DNA from: Lophium mytilinum
Lineage: Eukaryota
Direction of reading: 5' to 3'
DNA: 64,000 bases
Assembly (NCBI GenBank): GCA_010093605.1
Contig: MU004185.1
Span: 765,334-829,333 of the forward strand
Shown: in pieces, positions 49,405-63,283 of the stretch
Layout: each line of letters begins with the position of its first letter
Position numbering within the stretch: position 1 is the first letter of the stretch
Translations under genes and position numbers: made by a program
The notes under the pieces: generated by a model
The model's database searches: none
Told to the model about the DNA's origin: nothing
The model's input: only the letters and a program-made list of their open reading frames with translations

Positions 49405-50098
49405 CGCACGTCACCTTTGTATACAACACCTCCGTCCTTGGCCCTCTCTTCACATCATCATCTCCTACACAGGTACAGAGCCTACAGTCCTAACAGCGTC
49501 TTGCTACGTGACAGTCAGTGGTTGAGCATTTTTCTTTCCTTCTTTCTTTCGGCCGTCTACTTACCTACGTATAGTAAGCATTGTTGGGGTATAGCTATGG
49601 CTGTAATAACTATGAACTAAGACTTGTTCAGAGCTACACACTGACTGGGAGACTAGTAGCGAGGTTCTTGCCCTATGCAATCTTCGTGGGCATCTCATCG
49701 TTAGTCTGTGGAAACTTTCTTACCATTGCTTGGGGTAATGCTAGATGTTCCAGAGGTAGGTTTTCTAAAAATTTGAACAAATTGCCGAGTCGCCTTAGGC
49801 GTCCGTGGATTGATTTACTAAGAGATACTATGGGCAACACTCTTCGTTACGCTAAGGTTTTCTCACAGCTTGAGTAGCGCTGGAGACGCTCAATAATCCA
49901 GAATTGTAGGAAGTAGGCGCAAAGGCGACAACGTAGGTAAGTAGACGGCCGAAAGGAAGAAGGAAAGAAACATGCTCAGCTACTAACTGTCACGTAGCAA
50001 GACGCTGTAAGGACTGCAGGCTCTGTACTTGTGTAGGAGATGATGATGTGAAGAGAGAGGGCTGAGGATGGAGGTGTTATATACAGAGGTGACGTGCG
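49405..50098. mobile_element. MITE-like / fold-back element with ~166-bp terminal inverted repeats
   Basis: 49405-49570 is the reverse complement of 49931-50098 (about 14 substitutions and one 2-bp indel by eye). CAGG flanks both ends (49401-49404, 50099-50102). Confidence 0.7.
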
Positions 50099-51788
50099 CA
50101 GGAGTCACAGGGGAGTAAAGACCACTAATCAGCATCACAGTGATTCGCTCTCGATCCAAGACTACCTTATAAGAATCCTCTCGCGATTACGCGTTTTGAA
50201 AATAAGACTCAAAGGAACTGATATTGCAGCACGCCGATACTTATACATCGCCCTCAGGACAAGCTCGGCCTCGAAAACTGCCTTTGATTTGATGCGAAGA
50301 CAAAACAATAGAGAATACACGAAATCCTGAGGACAAGCAACGTAATCAAAGACCATAGGCGCGAGGCAACCTGTGTGCTCAGCAGGATGAAGGAGACCTT
50401 CGTGCAAAGCATAAAGTCGAACCCTAGTAACACAACCCGAGTTCGTAGACTCTGCTTCGCCGCTGAGTGCGAGATCCAAAAGACTTTACATCTTTTCGCG
50501 TCCCTATATGCCTCCGAAGATAGCACTCATCATCATTGTCAACCCTCCAAGGGCACACGGGCACACAGAACTCGCCCCGAACAATTCAGACCAACGCTAC
50601 ACAGCTACCATCGTGTCCAGACATACCAGATGGGTTACCTATTGCTTAGGAGATACAAAAAGGATGCCAGGTGCGGTAAAGCAGCATTAGTCGCCATACC
50701 CTACCCAACTTCTCCAGGGCCATGACCATGGTTCTATCCTAATCATCATCTCAGCGCATTATATTACTTGAGCAGTATCCTTTCAAAGTACCCTCATTGT
50801 GACCATTGTTCGCCGCCCGACTATCCTGCTGGATCAGCGTCAAATCAATGTCTTCACACTCGAAGAAGGGTGTTGACGCACCCCTAAATGAGATGACTGC
50901 TCACCAGTCGCAAGAAGACATATATTTGCCCCTGTGCGCTCGTATTCACGTTCGCGGCATAGTTTCTTATTCCCTCAAATCATAGGACGATGTCACCAGT
51001 GGTTTGAGTACTTGCTGAAGCTCCTCTGAAAGTCAGTCCTCTTGAAACGCAAGTTTGGAGCAAATCAATTGCGTATAATAGATATGCGGCGACACGATGC
51101 ACTCGTAGCGTAGTCTGGAGCTATTAAATGTTAGCAGGATTGTCAACTGGTCAACGTACACAGGCACTCCGAGCCGAAGAGCATCCCACCAAGTCACTTC
51201 AGCACCACTCTCGTTTCCCAAACCCGTTACGGCGGACGTGAAAGTCAAAAGAAGGAGACGAGGTCGCCGTCGCGAGGGCATTCCACTCCATCTCACAACC
51301 AGACCAAGGAGGGACATTCACACATGGCATTCACAACCAAACGGTGAGCGTAGCGTTGATCCATCATACCCAAATCGGAACCTCCTTTTAAGGCGTCCAG
51401 ATCTGACATGCATTCATATGTACCTAGTCCGCGTAACAACGCTCCATCGCAAATGCTAACTCGTAATCTCTCCAATCGGTGCAGCAGCAAATAATGAACC
51501 GCTGTTTCGAAGTCCCATGGGACTATCATCCGGTTAATGCCAAAAGCTCCATCCATATCACGTCGCGTCTGAACCCTCCCAGGAAATTATGCCATCCTTT
51601 TTGCAGGATGCCGAGATACCGTCGATTCGGGCGTCTCGGGAAGATCATAGCTCGTCCCCATGAAATCTTTCCTGGTCACCCACCCAGGCGCAGACGTGGC
51701 GAGTGCTGTTACGGATATACAAAAAAGGAAATCATCTCCATCATCATGCAAGACTGGGTCGTAGTGTACAATTCAAGGAATCATTCAC

Positions 51789-54243
51789 CTAGTGGAGAAA
51801 GCCCGACTTCTTCCGCCCTAGACTAAATCGGTTCTTCGTCTTTTCGGGCTTGTCTAATGTGCCGGCGGCGGGCGCCGTCGTATCGCTATGCTCCTCTTCC
51901 ACCGTAGAAGCAGGAGTTTCTTGGATATTAAGAGGTTGCGAAAGTTCATGTTCCGGCTTTTCTTTTCCGGACCAAAACTTGGGCTTGTGCCGAATGCTCA
52001 TGCTGCTGTGTCTGAACCGGCTCAACCCACCACCCTTCGAATTTTCTTTGTCTTTCCCAACGCCGCCCTTCTCGGCTGTTGCCCCTGTGCGCTGGGCCTC
52101 CTCTGCGGCTGTCTGTTTGCTCATAGCCAGTGCCGCCCTAAGGTCTTCCTCTTGCTTCCTGTAATTCTCCCGGCGCTTGAGCTCCAGCTCTTTTTGCTTC
52201 AGTTTTGCCTGCCTCTCCAGCTCTTTCTCTGCCGCCTTCCTCTCCTTCTCCTCTTTCGCCTTCTCCTTCTTGGACTGCAGGTTGCTTCTCATTGGGCTGA
52301 GGGCTGGGGCTGGTATACCGGTGGATGTTACCGCGTGCTCAATAGGGTTCGGGTCATGGTGCAGCAGCGGAGGAGCAGTATTAGCATGGTCGAGATTGAC
52401 AAACTCGGGCTCTTCACTCGCTGGTGTGGTAACGTGGTGGATCGGGTGGTGGTCACTGAGAGGCTGTGCATGCCCATTCTGCTTCCCATTCGCCGCTACC
52501 CCGTTCTTCTCACCCTCAGACGCTCGTGTTGCAGCTGCCAACCCCTCAGCTTCTTGTTCCTTCTGCATAGCTTCCAAGGTGGTCTCCTGATAGAAAAGAA
52601 CGTAGGCGCACGCGAGTACGTTTTCTCCGCCAAAGAAATTCCGTACGTAGTCTTTGTCTACCGGCTCCACCATTTCGTCGTCGAAAAGTAGCCATCCTCT
52701 GTCTTGTGTTTTGATAACAGAAACGTAATGACCATGATACGGGCCACCTCCGATGTGTACAATGATGGCATAAAGCTCGTACAGCCTGTCGGGGTCCTCT
52801 GCGTCATCGGTGGTATTAAAAAGTCGAAGATAGTAAGGGTATACGACTCGATGAAAGAGCTTCTGCAAACGCTGCAGGTCTTCTGTGTACTTGAACCGTT
52901 TAAGGTGAAGGGCCAAGACCCGTGGTAGTCTCTTTATTTTCATCCTCTTTTCTGCTTCTTGTAGGCCTCCACATTTGTCGCAGTGGAATTTGTTCCGTTC
53001 GCACAACATCTCCTCCTCGGAGAACTTTCGTAAACAGGACGTTACCGAAGAATGCTGCTCAAGGTCGACTGATAAGTCGAGGAATGCCTCATCCCTTTGG
53101 GACGTATTTTCACACGTTAAACACCGTGTCTCAGATGTGAGGGTGCCCTCAAATAGTTCATGGACCCAGCCAGTATTCAGCGTTGGAGAATTCGAGCCTC
53201 CTAAAGTAGGCACGACAGCGGACACAGCTGATGTCAGAGCATTGACGAATCCGGCTTCTGATGCCCCTCCATTTTGTTCAATTGACTTGCTACCCAGCTG
53301 GTTTGAAAACTGCTCCACATTTTCCACCACCTCGTTTAGGAGCAAGTTCAGGAACTCATGGGCGTCCTGATGCATGGCAGATCGGAACATCTCATGTTGC
53401 CGCCGTAGAATCTCAAGGAACTTGTGAGGGCTCACTACGCCAATACGTGATCGATGAGAGATGATGGCTTCGAATATGTCCTTTAACGAGGTGAATAGCG
53501 ACTCGGACATGCCGTAGCTGTGCGAGTTCTCGTAGTCCATGTTTAACACGGGGCCAGCCGCTAAGGCTAACTTTTTCTTGTATTCTGGAGAGTCTTTATT
53601 GTCCTCGGGCTTCGTTCCTGGGGGGTTCGCATCTTTGCCGGGCGTGGCCACGGGCTTGCGCGGTGAAGGCTGATTCGGACTGGAGAGCGAATTCCTCCCT
53701 TTGGTCGGCGACAAGGCGCCATTGTGTCCATTCGCGGATGGTGGTATGTCGGTATTCAAGCGGAGCGGAGATGACGGCCGTTCGAGGATCTCTTGCGGAG
53801 ACCTGGTGGGGAAGTTGATGACCTGTTCCCGGAAAGGGACCGAGTAGTAGAGGCATTGGATTATAGAGTTGCAGTAGCTGGGCGATCGGGTCAGTTGAGA
53901 GGGGGGAGGGTGTGGGAGGGGTGGAGGGAAATGTACCAGGTGCTCCCAAACTGGCTTCGGTGTTAGCGCAAATAAGACATCAGCAGCACCGAGGGCACCT
54001 ACATTCTCAAAGCCGAAGAACTTGTCGCTGCCGTCGTCGCGTATAGGCCCGGCGTCGGCCAACAGCTTCTCGAGCGGCGTGGGCTGGGGAGCATTGGGGT
54101 CCTTCTTGGTCGGGGTGCTGGCCGAAGCTGGGCTCGCTGGCTGCGTAGGACGTGAAGTTAGCCATTGCGCCGGGTTGCAAACAAGAGAGGACTCGGGGCC
54201 AACGTACCTGCTTCGGCACGAATCTGTTGAAGAAGGAGGTCAT
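51789..54243 (-). CDS. creB: Ubiquitin-specific protease CreB / Ubp9-Ubp13 / USP12-46 family (introns 54207-54141, 54002-53951, 53936-53878)
   Basis: Spliced Cys box [45 protein letters not shown], His box [19 protein letters not shown], and a charged C-terminal tail. Confidence 0.92.
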
Positions 54244-55668
54244 GCTGCCGGCGGGAGGCTCGTGGAGCTAGGGTCCAGGCGGTGGTGGTTGAGGGCGCGG
54301 ATGACGGAGCAGCTCACGACGGCACGGTGCGAGCGAGAGGGCAGGTCGCCGAGAGTTGCAGCGAGCGGAGGCGGAACATGGAGACGCGGCTGTGACAGCG
54401 GCGGTGAATGCGGTGCAGTGCAGGCGCGGCGGGAGCAATTTGCTGGACAGACGAGGGGTGTTGCGGCGCAGGTGGTGTGTCGTGCGGCCGTGGTGGAGAG
54501 CAGTTGGGAGTGGGAGCAGGCGTACCGAAGCGGCAGGTCATGCAACGGCCTCGTTGACAGTTCGGGCCCACGAATCACGCACCACACCGGCGTCCTGCTC
54601 CCCAGCATTGCGGCAGACCCTCCCCTCCCAGCGACCGCGCAGGCGGTCTCAGCGACAGCACCGCTGCGGGGCCGGCCTGCCCCAGCGACCAGACCCAGAA
54701 CCAGAGTCCAGCCCGGCAGCGTCCAAGATCCCCGGTGCCATGCTGTGGGTGTGGCAAGAAAGACTGCTCGGTACAACACCACGCGACACCAGCCTCCGCC
54801 CGACAGCACTCGTCCATGAGGGGAACCACGGCCAGCGCATGCACCGTCGAGGGCTAAATGCAGCCGCCTTCGGCCTCGTCCTCCAGAACGGCACCGTAAC
54901 CGACCCGAGCGCCCAGCCTCGCCATCCCGCACTGGGAGCGATGCAGCCTGATATCGCGTGGATGCGTTGCTTTGCGTGGGATAGTATTCCAAACGGGTTC
55001 AACCGCCGAAGGACTCTGGAGCTCTCTCGTGACATAATTTATTGTGCTGTGAGTAGATATCAGGGCCTTGGTGTTTCTCGTCCGCTAGGAACCCCGCGGA
55101 CGATTTCCCTCGGTCGACGCACGCCATCTGAATGAATTGATATTCAACTTCAGCTATTCAATTAATTGAATGCATTCGGCAGTAGCAACATAAACCATCT
55201 GCGCAATTGATCAATTATATTAAGATAGGGAGCGATGTCAAGCAATTGAGGACGGTCGAAGGATATGCACATCTTTGTAGAGATATCTGCTGTAGTCTAC
55301 AAGAACATGCCAATAGATTGAGTGCCGACACAGCAGCTAAGTATACTCCCCACAACGCAGGAACCCGTGAAGCCCACAGGCCCTATCAGGCGGCAGACTG
55401 AGGCATCGTGGAGCCACCGATCTGCGCATTGCTGCGAGGACCCCTCTAGTTCACCCACTTGAATGTACAAGGACTAATGCCACCGCGCTAGGTAGCTAAT
55501 AGAAGATCCCATGACACCGGCCAGTTGACCACCCAAAAAATGCAGACCTCCCTTGAAACGTAAATGCAGACCAAAACAATAACAGACATACCCATACCAG
55601 TACACAATACACACTTGGACGCCAATACCTCCAGCGCCATGCATATGCTGACCAGATCTCGAACACCA

Positions 55669-58600
55669 CTACCTCCGCATGTTTCGTCCCCAGCCATTCT
55701 CGATAGCCGTCTTACCCGTATCTGCTCCAGTCGCGGCTCCAGGCGGCGGGTTGTTCTGCACATATTCCTGCCTGATCCTTGCCGCTTCACGATCCCATTC
55801 AACCACTCGTTTATTGTACTCGGCGGCATTCGCAGCGCCCTCCTCTCTGGCCGACTGCGTTTGGTCTAGGTACGGCTTCTTGATGTCCGGGATTGCGTTC
55901 CGCCACATCTGACCCAACGCGATGCGGACTTCAGTCTTGCTGGCTTTTGCAGTAGGGTCGCCTGTTGCCTCCCTGCGTGCTTTGTCGCAGTCAGCTTTAC
56001 ATATATGCCAGTAGTCTTTCGTGTACAGGAGGAATGGATTCAAGCCGCCTCGTCCAGGCTTGATGGGACGCTCCCCAATCTCATTTAAAATGGCTCCAAT
56101 GACAGACGCTTCGTAGTCTTCGTCTCGTGCCTGACGTATGTTTCGCACTGGCTGCTGGGTAGCCTCTTCATCAAGCTTATGCTTGAGCCCCGCCATTGTT
56201 GAGGCGTGGGTTGGCTCCGGTTTGACCTTCTTCTCGACCAAGGGGTGTTCCACCTTGATAGGTCCAATCATGGACTCAACAATCTCTGCGGCGGCCCGAA
56301 GTCCCGAGATGTACGCGCCGTGGACCGTGGCAGGATGGCTTCCGCATGTGGCTTCTCCCGCGAAGTGCAGCGGCCCATGCGATTGAGCCATCTTATCGTA
56401 GTCTCCTTGCTGAGTATAAGGGCCTACGTATGAGTAGCTTCCCCTTGCGAACGGATCCTTTTTCCAACGTGTGATGATTGTCTCTGAAGGAAGTGGCACC
56501 TTGGCTGGAGCGAACATCTTGGCCAACCTGCTGGTGACCTCTTGTACTAGGCTTTCGTTATCCGTTTGTTCTGTATGATGAGCTGAATTGCCAGCCATCA
56601 GCGCAACAAGCATTGGTCGTCCGCTAGTTTTGATGCAATTCCAAAACAGATAGAACCGGCCTCGCCGAGAGTCGTAGTCCTTTTGGTTTAGGCTTTCCTG
56701 CATTTCTGCTTCATTTAAAAGCCCGAACATGTCTCGATCAGTTTCCCAGAACGGGGAATCGTAGACCAGAATAACCTAAATGCACGTTAGGAGAAATGTG
56801 ACATGCTTATATCTTGTGCTGATTTATACCTTGTTAAGGAGCCCGAAACCAAGCCGATCTATCACCGAGGTCTTCCACTCTGGTAAAGCCGGTTCAAATT
56901 CAATCGAACCCTCCTTCAAGACACCCAGTGGAGTACTTATCACTAGTTTGTCCGCTTCGAAGACCTCTCCGTTTGTACATTCGATTCTCACAGGGACTGC
57001 CGCTTGTTCCTCTGCGCTGTAGCGAATAGATTTGACAGCATGGCTGAATCTGACGTCCAGCTTCGTAGGGCACTGCCACAGACCGCGTGGGACTTGCACA
57101 TAGCCACCGATGATCTGGGAATGGAAGCCTTCGAACTCGTTCCCGATATCCTGATCCCAACCACTCAGACTGAGACTGCCTATAGTAGCAGCGTTGGCGT
57201 ACTCGAGGTTCGCATGGTGCCAGTTGAGCAGTCGCATATCCCTAGGTGTAATATCCAGAAGCTCCCCATACTGCCTGATAGCGTCGTCCATTGTTTCTCC
57301 TAAAGTCGGGTGTTTGGATGACTTTGCAATAGAGTCCAAGTCGAGTGATTGGCTAGGTGACACGTTCGGCTTGACCTGCCAGCCCATAGCTTGCGCGGCT
57401 TCTACAGCAGACATATCCGAGTTTATCCCATTAGTGAGTACGTACGCACGTCCAGCTAGCTTCTCTACGCCAGATGACGGTTTGTCCTCGACAGTAGCAT
57501 TGATCCCAGTGGCATTTTCGTGCGCATCAGAATCTTCGAGCGCTGAAACCATTGGGCCAGCCTCACCACCTGTATCTTTTCCAAACCATATCAGCTCTCG
57601 GTTGCCTTCGACAGTCCGGAGGGGCACGGGTTTGTTGCGGTACACGCTCGCTCGATCAAGAATGTCGTTGTACAGCTTTTCTACAAGCATGTCCTGACTC
57701 TTTTCCACTACAGTCCCGTCATGGTCATACAAAATAGTGTTGTCCCTCAAGACATGGTAAGGTATCGCAAGCTGTCCGCGAATGATGGCATTCATTGGAT
57801 TTCCATGATCAAAGCCAACGATGATTTGAGCACCCATCTCGGCTGTACAACGGCGACCGGAAGCCAGATCGCTATTTGTTTGCTGCTGTAGTGGATGAGA
57901 GTACACTCGGCCACCGACGCGGTTTCGACCTTCCAGTAAGATCACCCTGGGTTGTTTCTCCCCTTCGCTCGTCCATTGATTTCCGAGTTGTGCAAAAAGC
58001 CCCTCAAGCTGCCTAGCGCACCCCAGCCCAGACATACCGGCCCCAATGACGACGATGGTTCGGCGTCGAGTTGCCTTTGATTTCGTTCGAGAGACTGGGC
58101 CGGCAGTATTCAGCACTTCGACACACCCGAAATTGATGTAACCATTCCTCATCAGCCAGTAATATGCGACTTTGGCCATGTTGAAGTAGCGGGCGTCTTG
58201 TGCACAGCCCACTGCCTCTACTAGATTTACACTAACCAAGGGGTTTCTCGTAAATAGTCGCAGAATGGCGTTTCGAATGCTGAGATAGACCGAAACCTGC
58301 GGAAGCGTGATATGCTCCCTCAGAAGCTTGTATTCTCCGGGGTGCAAGGCATATGGGTTGAGACGCGAACTGTATGCTGCAACTACGCCTTGACGCCCAA
58401 ACTCCCCTGCTGAAATGGAAGATGGTATTGACGATCTTGCCCGGAATACAGGCGGCCGAACTTTCGCAGGGCTGCCATCCGATAGTCGAGGGGTGTATGC
58501 CTCCTGTGATTGAGATAGTTCAGGAGTTGAAGACATCTTGGGCCCGTGAATGATTAGGCGAGGAGTCTTCTTGGATGAAGGGGTTGAGACTTCCGCGATG

Positions 58601-59124
58601 TTGCCTTGTGTGTGCATATGTGGCTTCGTTGGTGAGTTTGTAGAGGGAACAGAAGCCGTGAAGTGTGCTCTACTTAAAGTGTCAGAAAGTTAATTGTTAC
58701 CATTAGCTTTCGCCTTTCAATGCGCGTTTGCTCCTGAGTATAACGACTTGGATGCGACTGCCGCAGGTGAATCATGTAGGAAGAGTGGCTGCTATGGCAG
58801 ACTGTTGGCGTACCCATTAGATGTAGACATAGTACCATCACCATCGTCTCTGCCACTCATGTGACTTCCCGCGCGTTCGGAAGCGTCTGGAAGATCGCCA
58901 TACTGAACAGACGACGGGCCCGATTCACTGTATGGCTCGTATGCCAGATGATCAAAGCCAGCGAAAGGGATGGCACTGGGATCTGATGCCTTCAAGTGCA
59001 ACGCCGGGCCTGCACCCCCATTCGCCAACGGCATCGACAAGACATCGTCGTGCGCGGCATTGAAGAGGAAGGCATTATCGTTTATAGCATCGGGGTCAGG
59101 CTCGGCAGGATGGATGGTGAACAT
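55669..59124 (-). CDS. LSD1: Lysine-specific histone demethylase LSD1/KDM1-like (SWIRM, amine oxidase, HMG box; introns 58813-58670 and 56829-56776)
   Basis: SWIRM YLSIRNAILRL...GYINFGC, FAD-binding VIGAGMSGLGCARQL, RVGGRV, NWHHANLEYANA, FAGEAT...ATVHGAYISGLRAA, and HMG-like NPFLLYTKDYW...LGQMW. The first exon is less certain. Confidence 0.92.
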
Positions 59125-59885
59125 GGCGCCCGTTCAGGCCGGTGGAGCATCGACCGCTCGTGACAGGATGCCGCTCAGATGGAAAAGCGTGGGATGAATC
59201 AATCAAAGCAGAGTCGCGGCATCTGGGCGACAGGGAAGATAGCAGTAAAGAGTCAAAGTTTTGGACGTTTTCATTCTTTGGGGATGATTGAGGAGTGTCT
59301 TTGGCCGCATGCCCCTCTAGCTTTTCCACGCTGAAGATGAACTAGAAGCGAGGCCTGATTATGCTAGCAGCGCCGGTATACTGTGGAGCACCGCTGCACC
59401 TAAGGCCTGTCGACACTTCTATACTCAAGGTACAAGATCAGCGGACGAAGAGGCATAGGACGATACATGCGCTCTACGACAAAGATGCTCTCGATTCTGA
59501 TTATCACACATGCATACTACTGCATGTCTTGTCCAGTCTCGGATGGAACGGGACTAGCTCCAGCTGGCAGTATAGCTGGCCCTCTAAAGTCGAGCTCCAC
59601 TCTCCCACGTCCACTCCCGCAGCTCACGACCAGCAATTGGGAGACGCATATCCTGCTCCTTGCGTTGTAGCGCCCGTCTTATACGACTGCCGAGCATCGC
59701 ATATTCCACATTGGTGTCCGCACGAGCTCCGGCCCGCACCTCAACCCCTGCAGCCAGTCCCTCTGCGCGCTGAGTACCTGAGTACCTCGATCCCGCCTCC
59801 CCAACCCAAAGAACCAAAAACCGAGGGTTGCACTCCGACAATCTTCATAGCTGTGCCCCGCAGACCTACCGGTCTCCTTGTCACC

Positions 59886-61306
59886 ATGGCACAAGGTCGC
59901 AAGTACGAAAACCTGCCCGATCTGGTGCGTTCCCCATCAGACACGTCTATTGTGGGGTACTCTGCTAACATACAATTGTGCCACAGGACTCTGCGCCAGA
60001 CATATACGAAACGCCTGAGCTGACTGAAGACAATTCTACTATCGCGGTATTACGTCCTATGCTACACTTGACTCGGACCCCCGCGTTACTAAACATTTCA
60101 CCGCTTTAGGCCACTACAACCGCCCCATCGCCCCCCTCCTCCGCAGATGAAGAGTCTGATCAAGAGCACGCGAGTTTGAGCCACCGACACCTACAGACAG
60201 AGCAGGCTCGAACCCACTTCCAGCCAGCTCGCGTTGACGCACGCGATGTTGACTTTTCTGACCGCATAAATGGCCAGCAACGGTCTTACCGCACCACGTC
60301 ACAGCGGCGGCGTGGCGATGAGTTGGGAGATCCCAGCGACGAAGAGGATGAGGATCTGATCAGCAAAGTGGATCGACTGCGGGAAGAGGTAGCGAGGGTG
60401 AAGGTAGAGTTTGCGAAAGAGGCAGAAAAACGGAAGGCTCAAGGGACCTCCGACCCCGAATTAGCACACCCATTTCGACAAATCATTGAGATGAGCGATG
60501 AGCTGGACGAAGTCTACGTGCAGCAACAACACGGCGGAGTGAAGGGCGCCGAAGCACAGTTGGCAAGAGCTGTCGACCGATTATCTGTCAGTAAGATCCC
60601 AAAGGGCCAGTCGCAGACACAGAGCGATGCCCCCGCCCCGTACAACCCGCCTCAACGCTTGGAGATCAGCCATGCTCTATCAAAAGCCGCAGAATTCGAT
60701 GCAAGACTCGCATCGCTGGAAGAGGCTCTGGGCATCGATGGAACGAACATGCCCCAGCACGCCGAGCGGCCGCCTGACGCGATACTATACACCCTCAACT
60801 CGCTCGAACAAGTCATGTCGACTCTCTCAGCTGCCTCGACCTCCTCTCTGGATACCGCCAGCAAGTCCGTGCGTAAGCTTGTGGAGGACGCTGATCGGCT
60901 AGAAGAACTGCGGAAGTCTACGAGTGGAGACAATGCTGTCGCAAAAGGCACTATCGCCACAGAGGGACTCCTCCTCGGTCACCAAGCAGAGGAACAGGTT
61001 GCGAAGATCAATGCGTTGTATGGAATGCTCGACACCATTGAGACCCTGTCACCAACTCTACCTCTCGTCCTCGATCGTCTACGGGAACTCAGATTGATCC
61101 ATACCAGTGCCGGAACCGCAGACGCAATCTTGAAGGAGATAGAGGAGCGGCAATCCAACCAAGAGGCCGAGATCAAGCAATGGCAGGGGTCTCTGGAGGA
61201 CATGGAGAAGAAGTTGTTAGCCGGCGAGAGCACAATGACCGAGAATGTGAAAGGAGTGGGCGAGTGGGTGAAGGACTTGGAGACGCGCATAGAGAAACTC
61301 TCTTGA
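59886..61306 (+). CDS. DCTN2: Dynactin subunit 2 (dynamitin/p50); introns ~59925-59987 and ~60048-60109
   Basis: KYENLPDL/DSAPDIYETPEL, VDFSDRI, FDARLASLEEALG, KINALY, LPLVLDRLRELRLIH; coiled-coil composition. Confidence 0.9.
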
Positions 61307-61504
61307 AGTGCCCTTCAGTTCTCGTCTAGACATTTTAGAGCACAATCCTGTCTCACTTAAAAGCGGGGGATCATCTTGGCATCCAAAGGGGGCGTGGGCA
61401 TTAATGGTGTTATTCAGCATTGAGATACCCATGAAATGAATACAGATACAGAACCAAAAGCATGGTGATGGTGTCTTCATTTTATAATACATGAGACGTC
61501 TACT

Positions 61505-63082
61505 TTATACAGTTATCATAACAGAGGCGTTTTTATACCAGCTCAGAAGCGGATTCTCGCCGTTCCTCGTCTGAGTGTCCTCCACATACGCCCATCTCTT
61601 CAGATATTCCTCGTGGGAGAGCACACGCGTAAGCTTTCCAGTTATCGCACGGTACATGTCCTCCATGACGCCAAAATCGGTAGGAAATAGTATGTCAAAG
61701 AAGCCTTGCTGCACCTAGACCTTCCATTAGCGCCAGGACTCGAGCTACCAAGGGAGAAAACTTACTAGTGGAGTTGTGACAGGCACCGTTTGGCGCTTGT
61801 ATCTCGTTTGTACAACAGGTGAATTTATACCGCGAATGGTGTCGGGCAGGCTGTGGAAGTCGCTCGTCACAAGCTTGTGTGCGGGAAAGTACGTGTAAAG
61901 GATGTCGAAGAATTGCATTAACCTTGTGGGTATGTACTCAGGCGTCGTCATGTTCGGGGAGAATGGCACCATTGAACGTGCCTTCCGGACGAATCGTGAC
62001 TCCCGCAGAGGGTGGTTGTATGGAAATGTACACGCCGCATCACGGACTCTTAGGTACCGTGCTGCGAGAGGGTCCAAATTTCTGGAATAGAATTCGTAGA
62101 AGTCACCGTTCGCGTCAATCAAAACGTTTGATTGCAGAGGCTCTTCGGTGGTGGTATCGTATCGGAGGGCGTCGTGGGCAAAATTGTCAAAAACCTCGAG
62201 AGCGAGGAAAAAGCATGGCGAAGGGACATATGTGTCCCAGTCGAATATCGAACGGTTGATGATGTCAACCTTGTCTGAGTGGCCGCGAGCGTATGCTGAC
62301 CGGCGAAGACCTTGGGCCTGTATAGAGGCGAGCGAGGTAGATATTTCTATCACCTTGAACTTAGTTCGCTCGTAAACCTCAGGATGAAGATCCCGAATGA
62401 AGTCCAAGATATTCAGCATCAGTGTCCCGTTGCCAGCGCCCATCTCATATATCGTCAGATCGTGATAGGGATACGAAGAAAGCTTGTAGTTGGTGACAAG
62501 ATGCCGAGCGATAGCTTCACCATAATACGGCCGGAAAAGTTCAGTGGGAGTGTGCCACAGCTGTCTCGTCTCATTCTCCTCTTTTGCGTCCAAGGCATCC
62601 TCAAAGGCAGTATAGCGCTCTCCAAGTAGGCGGTGGAATTCCTTTTCGTTCTGCATCGCCCCAAAGTTGAAGGGCTCCCCGGGAGAGAAGATGACAACCT
62701 GTTTCGAGAAGTAGCCGTAGTGAGGATTGTACAAACTATCTATCAGACGGTCAGTCACAGCCTTAACAAAAGACGCTATAGATTAACCTTCGATAAAATC
62801 TCGAAGAAGCATCTTCACTCGTTTTGGCCGCTCTCTTCTCGACTTCAGGTTCTCGGCCGTGACCATGGGATATCGCCGGTATTCCTCAGACTTGTCCAGA
62901 GGAAACAGATCTGTCCTCTGCTGCCATTTGCTCTCCTTTGTGTCTCCAATGCTAGCTGAGGCGAGGCCTCGACGGGAAGCGCGTGGCAGGTGTGAATGGG
63001 CGGGCATGCGTCGTGCTATGCAATGCGCAGCGCGGTGAGAAAACAGCTGTCGGAAAAGCTGGGCAACGACGGGCGATTCCAT
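61505..63082 (-). CDS. Mitochondrial MidA/NDUFAF7-family (DUF185) SAM-dependent methyltransferase (introns 62787-62740 and 61765-61715)
   Basis: Arg-rich presequence-like N-terminus, [55 protein letters not shown]. Confidence 0.88.
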
Positions 63083-63283
63083 GACTGCCCCGGGCAGATT
63101 GCAGCTGTTTGTGCGACTAATTTGGCCGTGGCATTGGAGGGCGGCTTTGGATGATGAAAGGTGGTTGAGACTCGCAACTCGAAGCTCCGCACCAGGTGAA
63201 GAGGCCCGTGACAAGCGAACGATAGAATACCTTCTTCACCACCACACATCGCCACTATGCCAACATGAAATCTGACGTCAAAT

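Noticed and set aside
54022..55135. 250-265 aa ORFs upstream of creB
   Set aside because: Open in several frames on both strands because of high GC; no motifs; promoter or 5' UTR.
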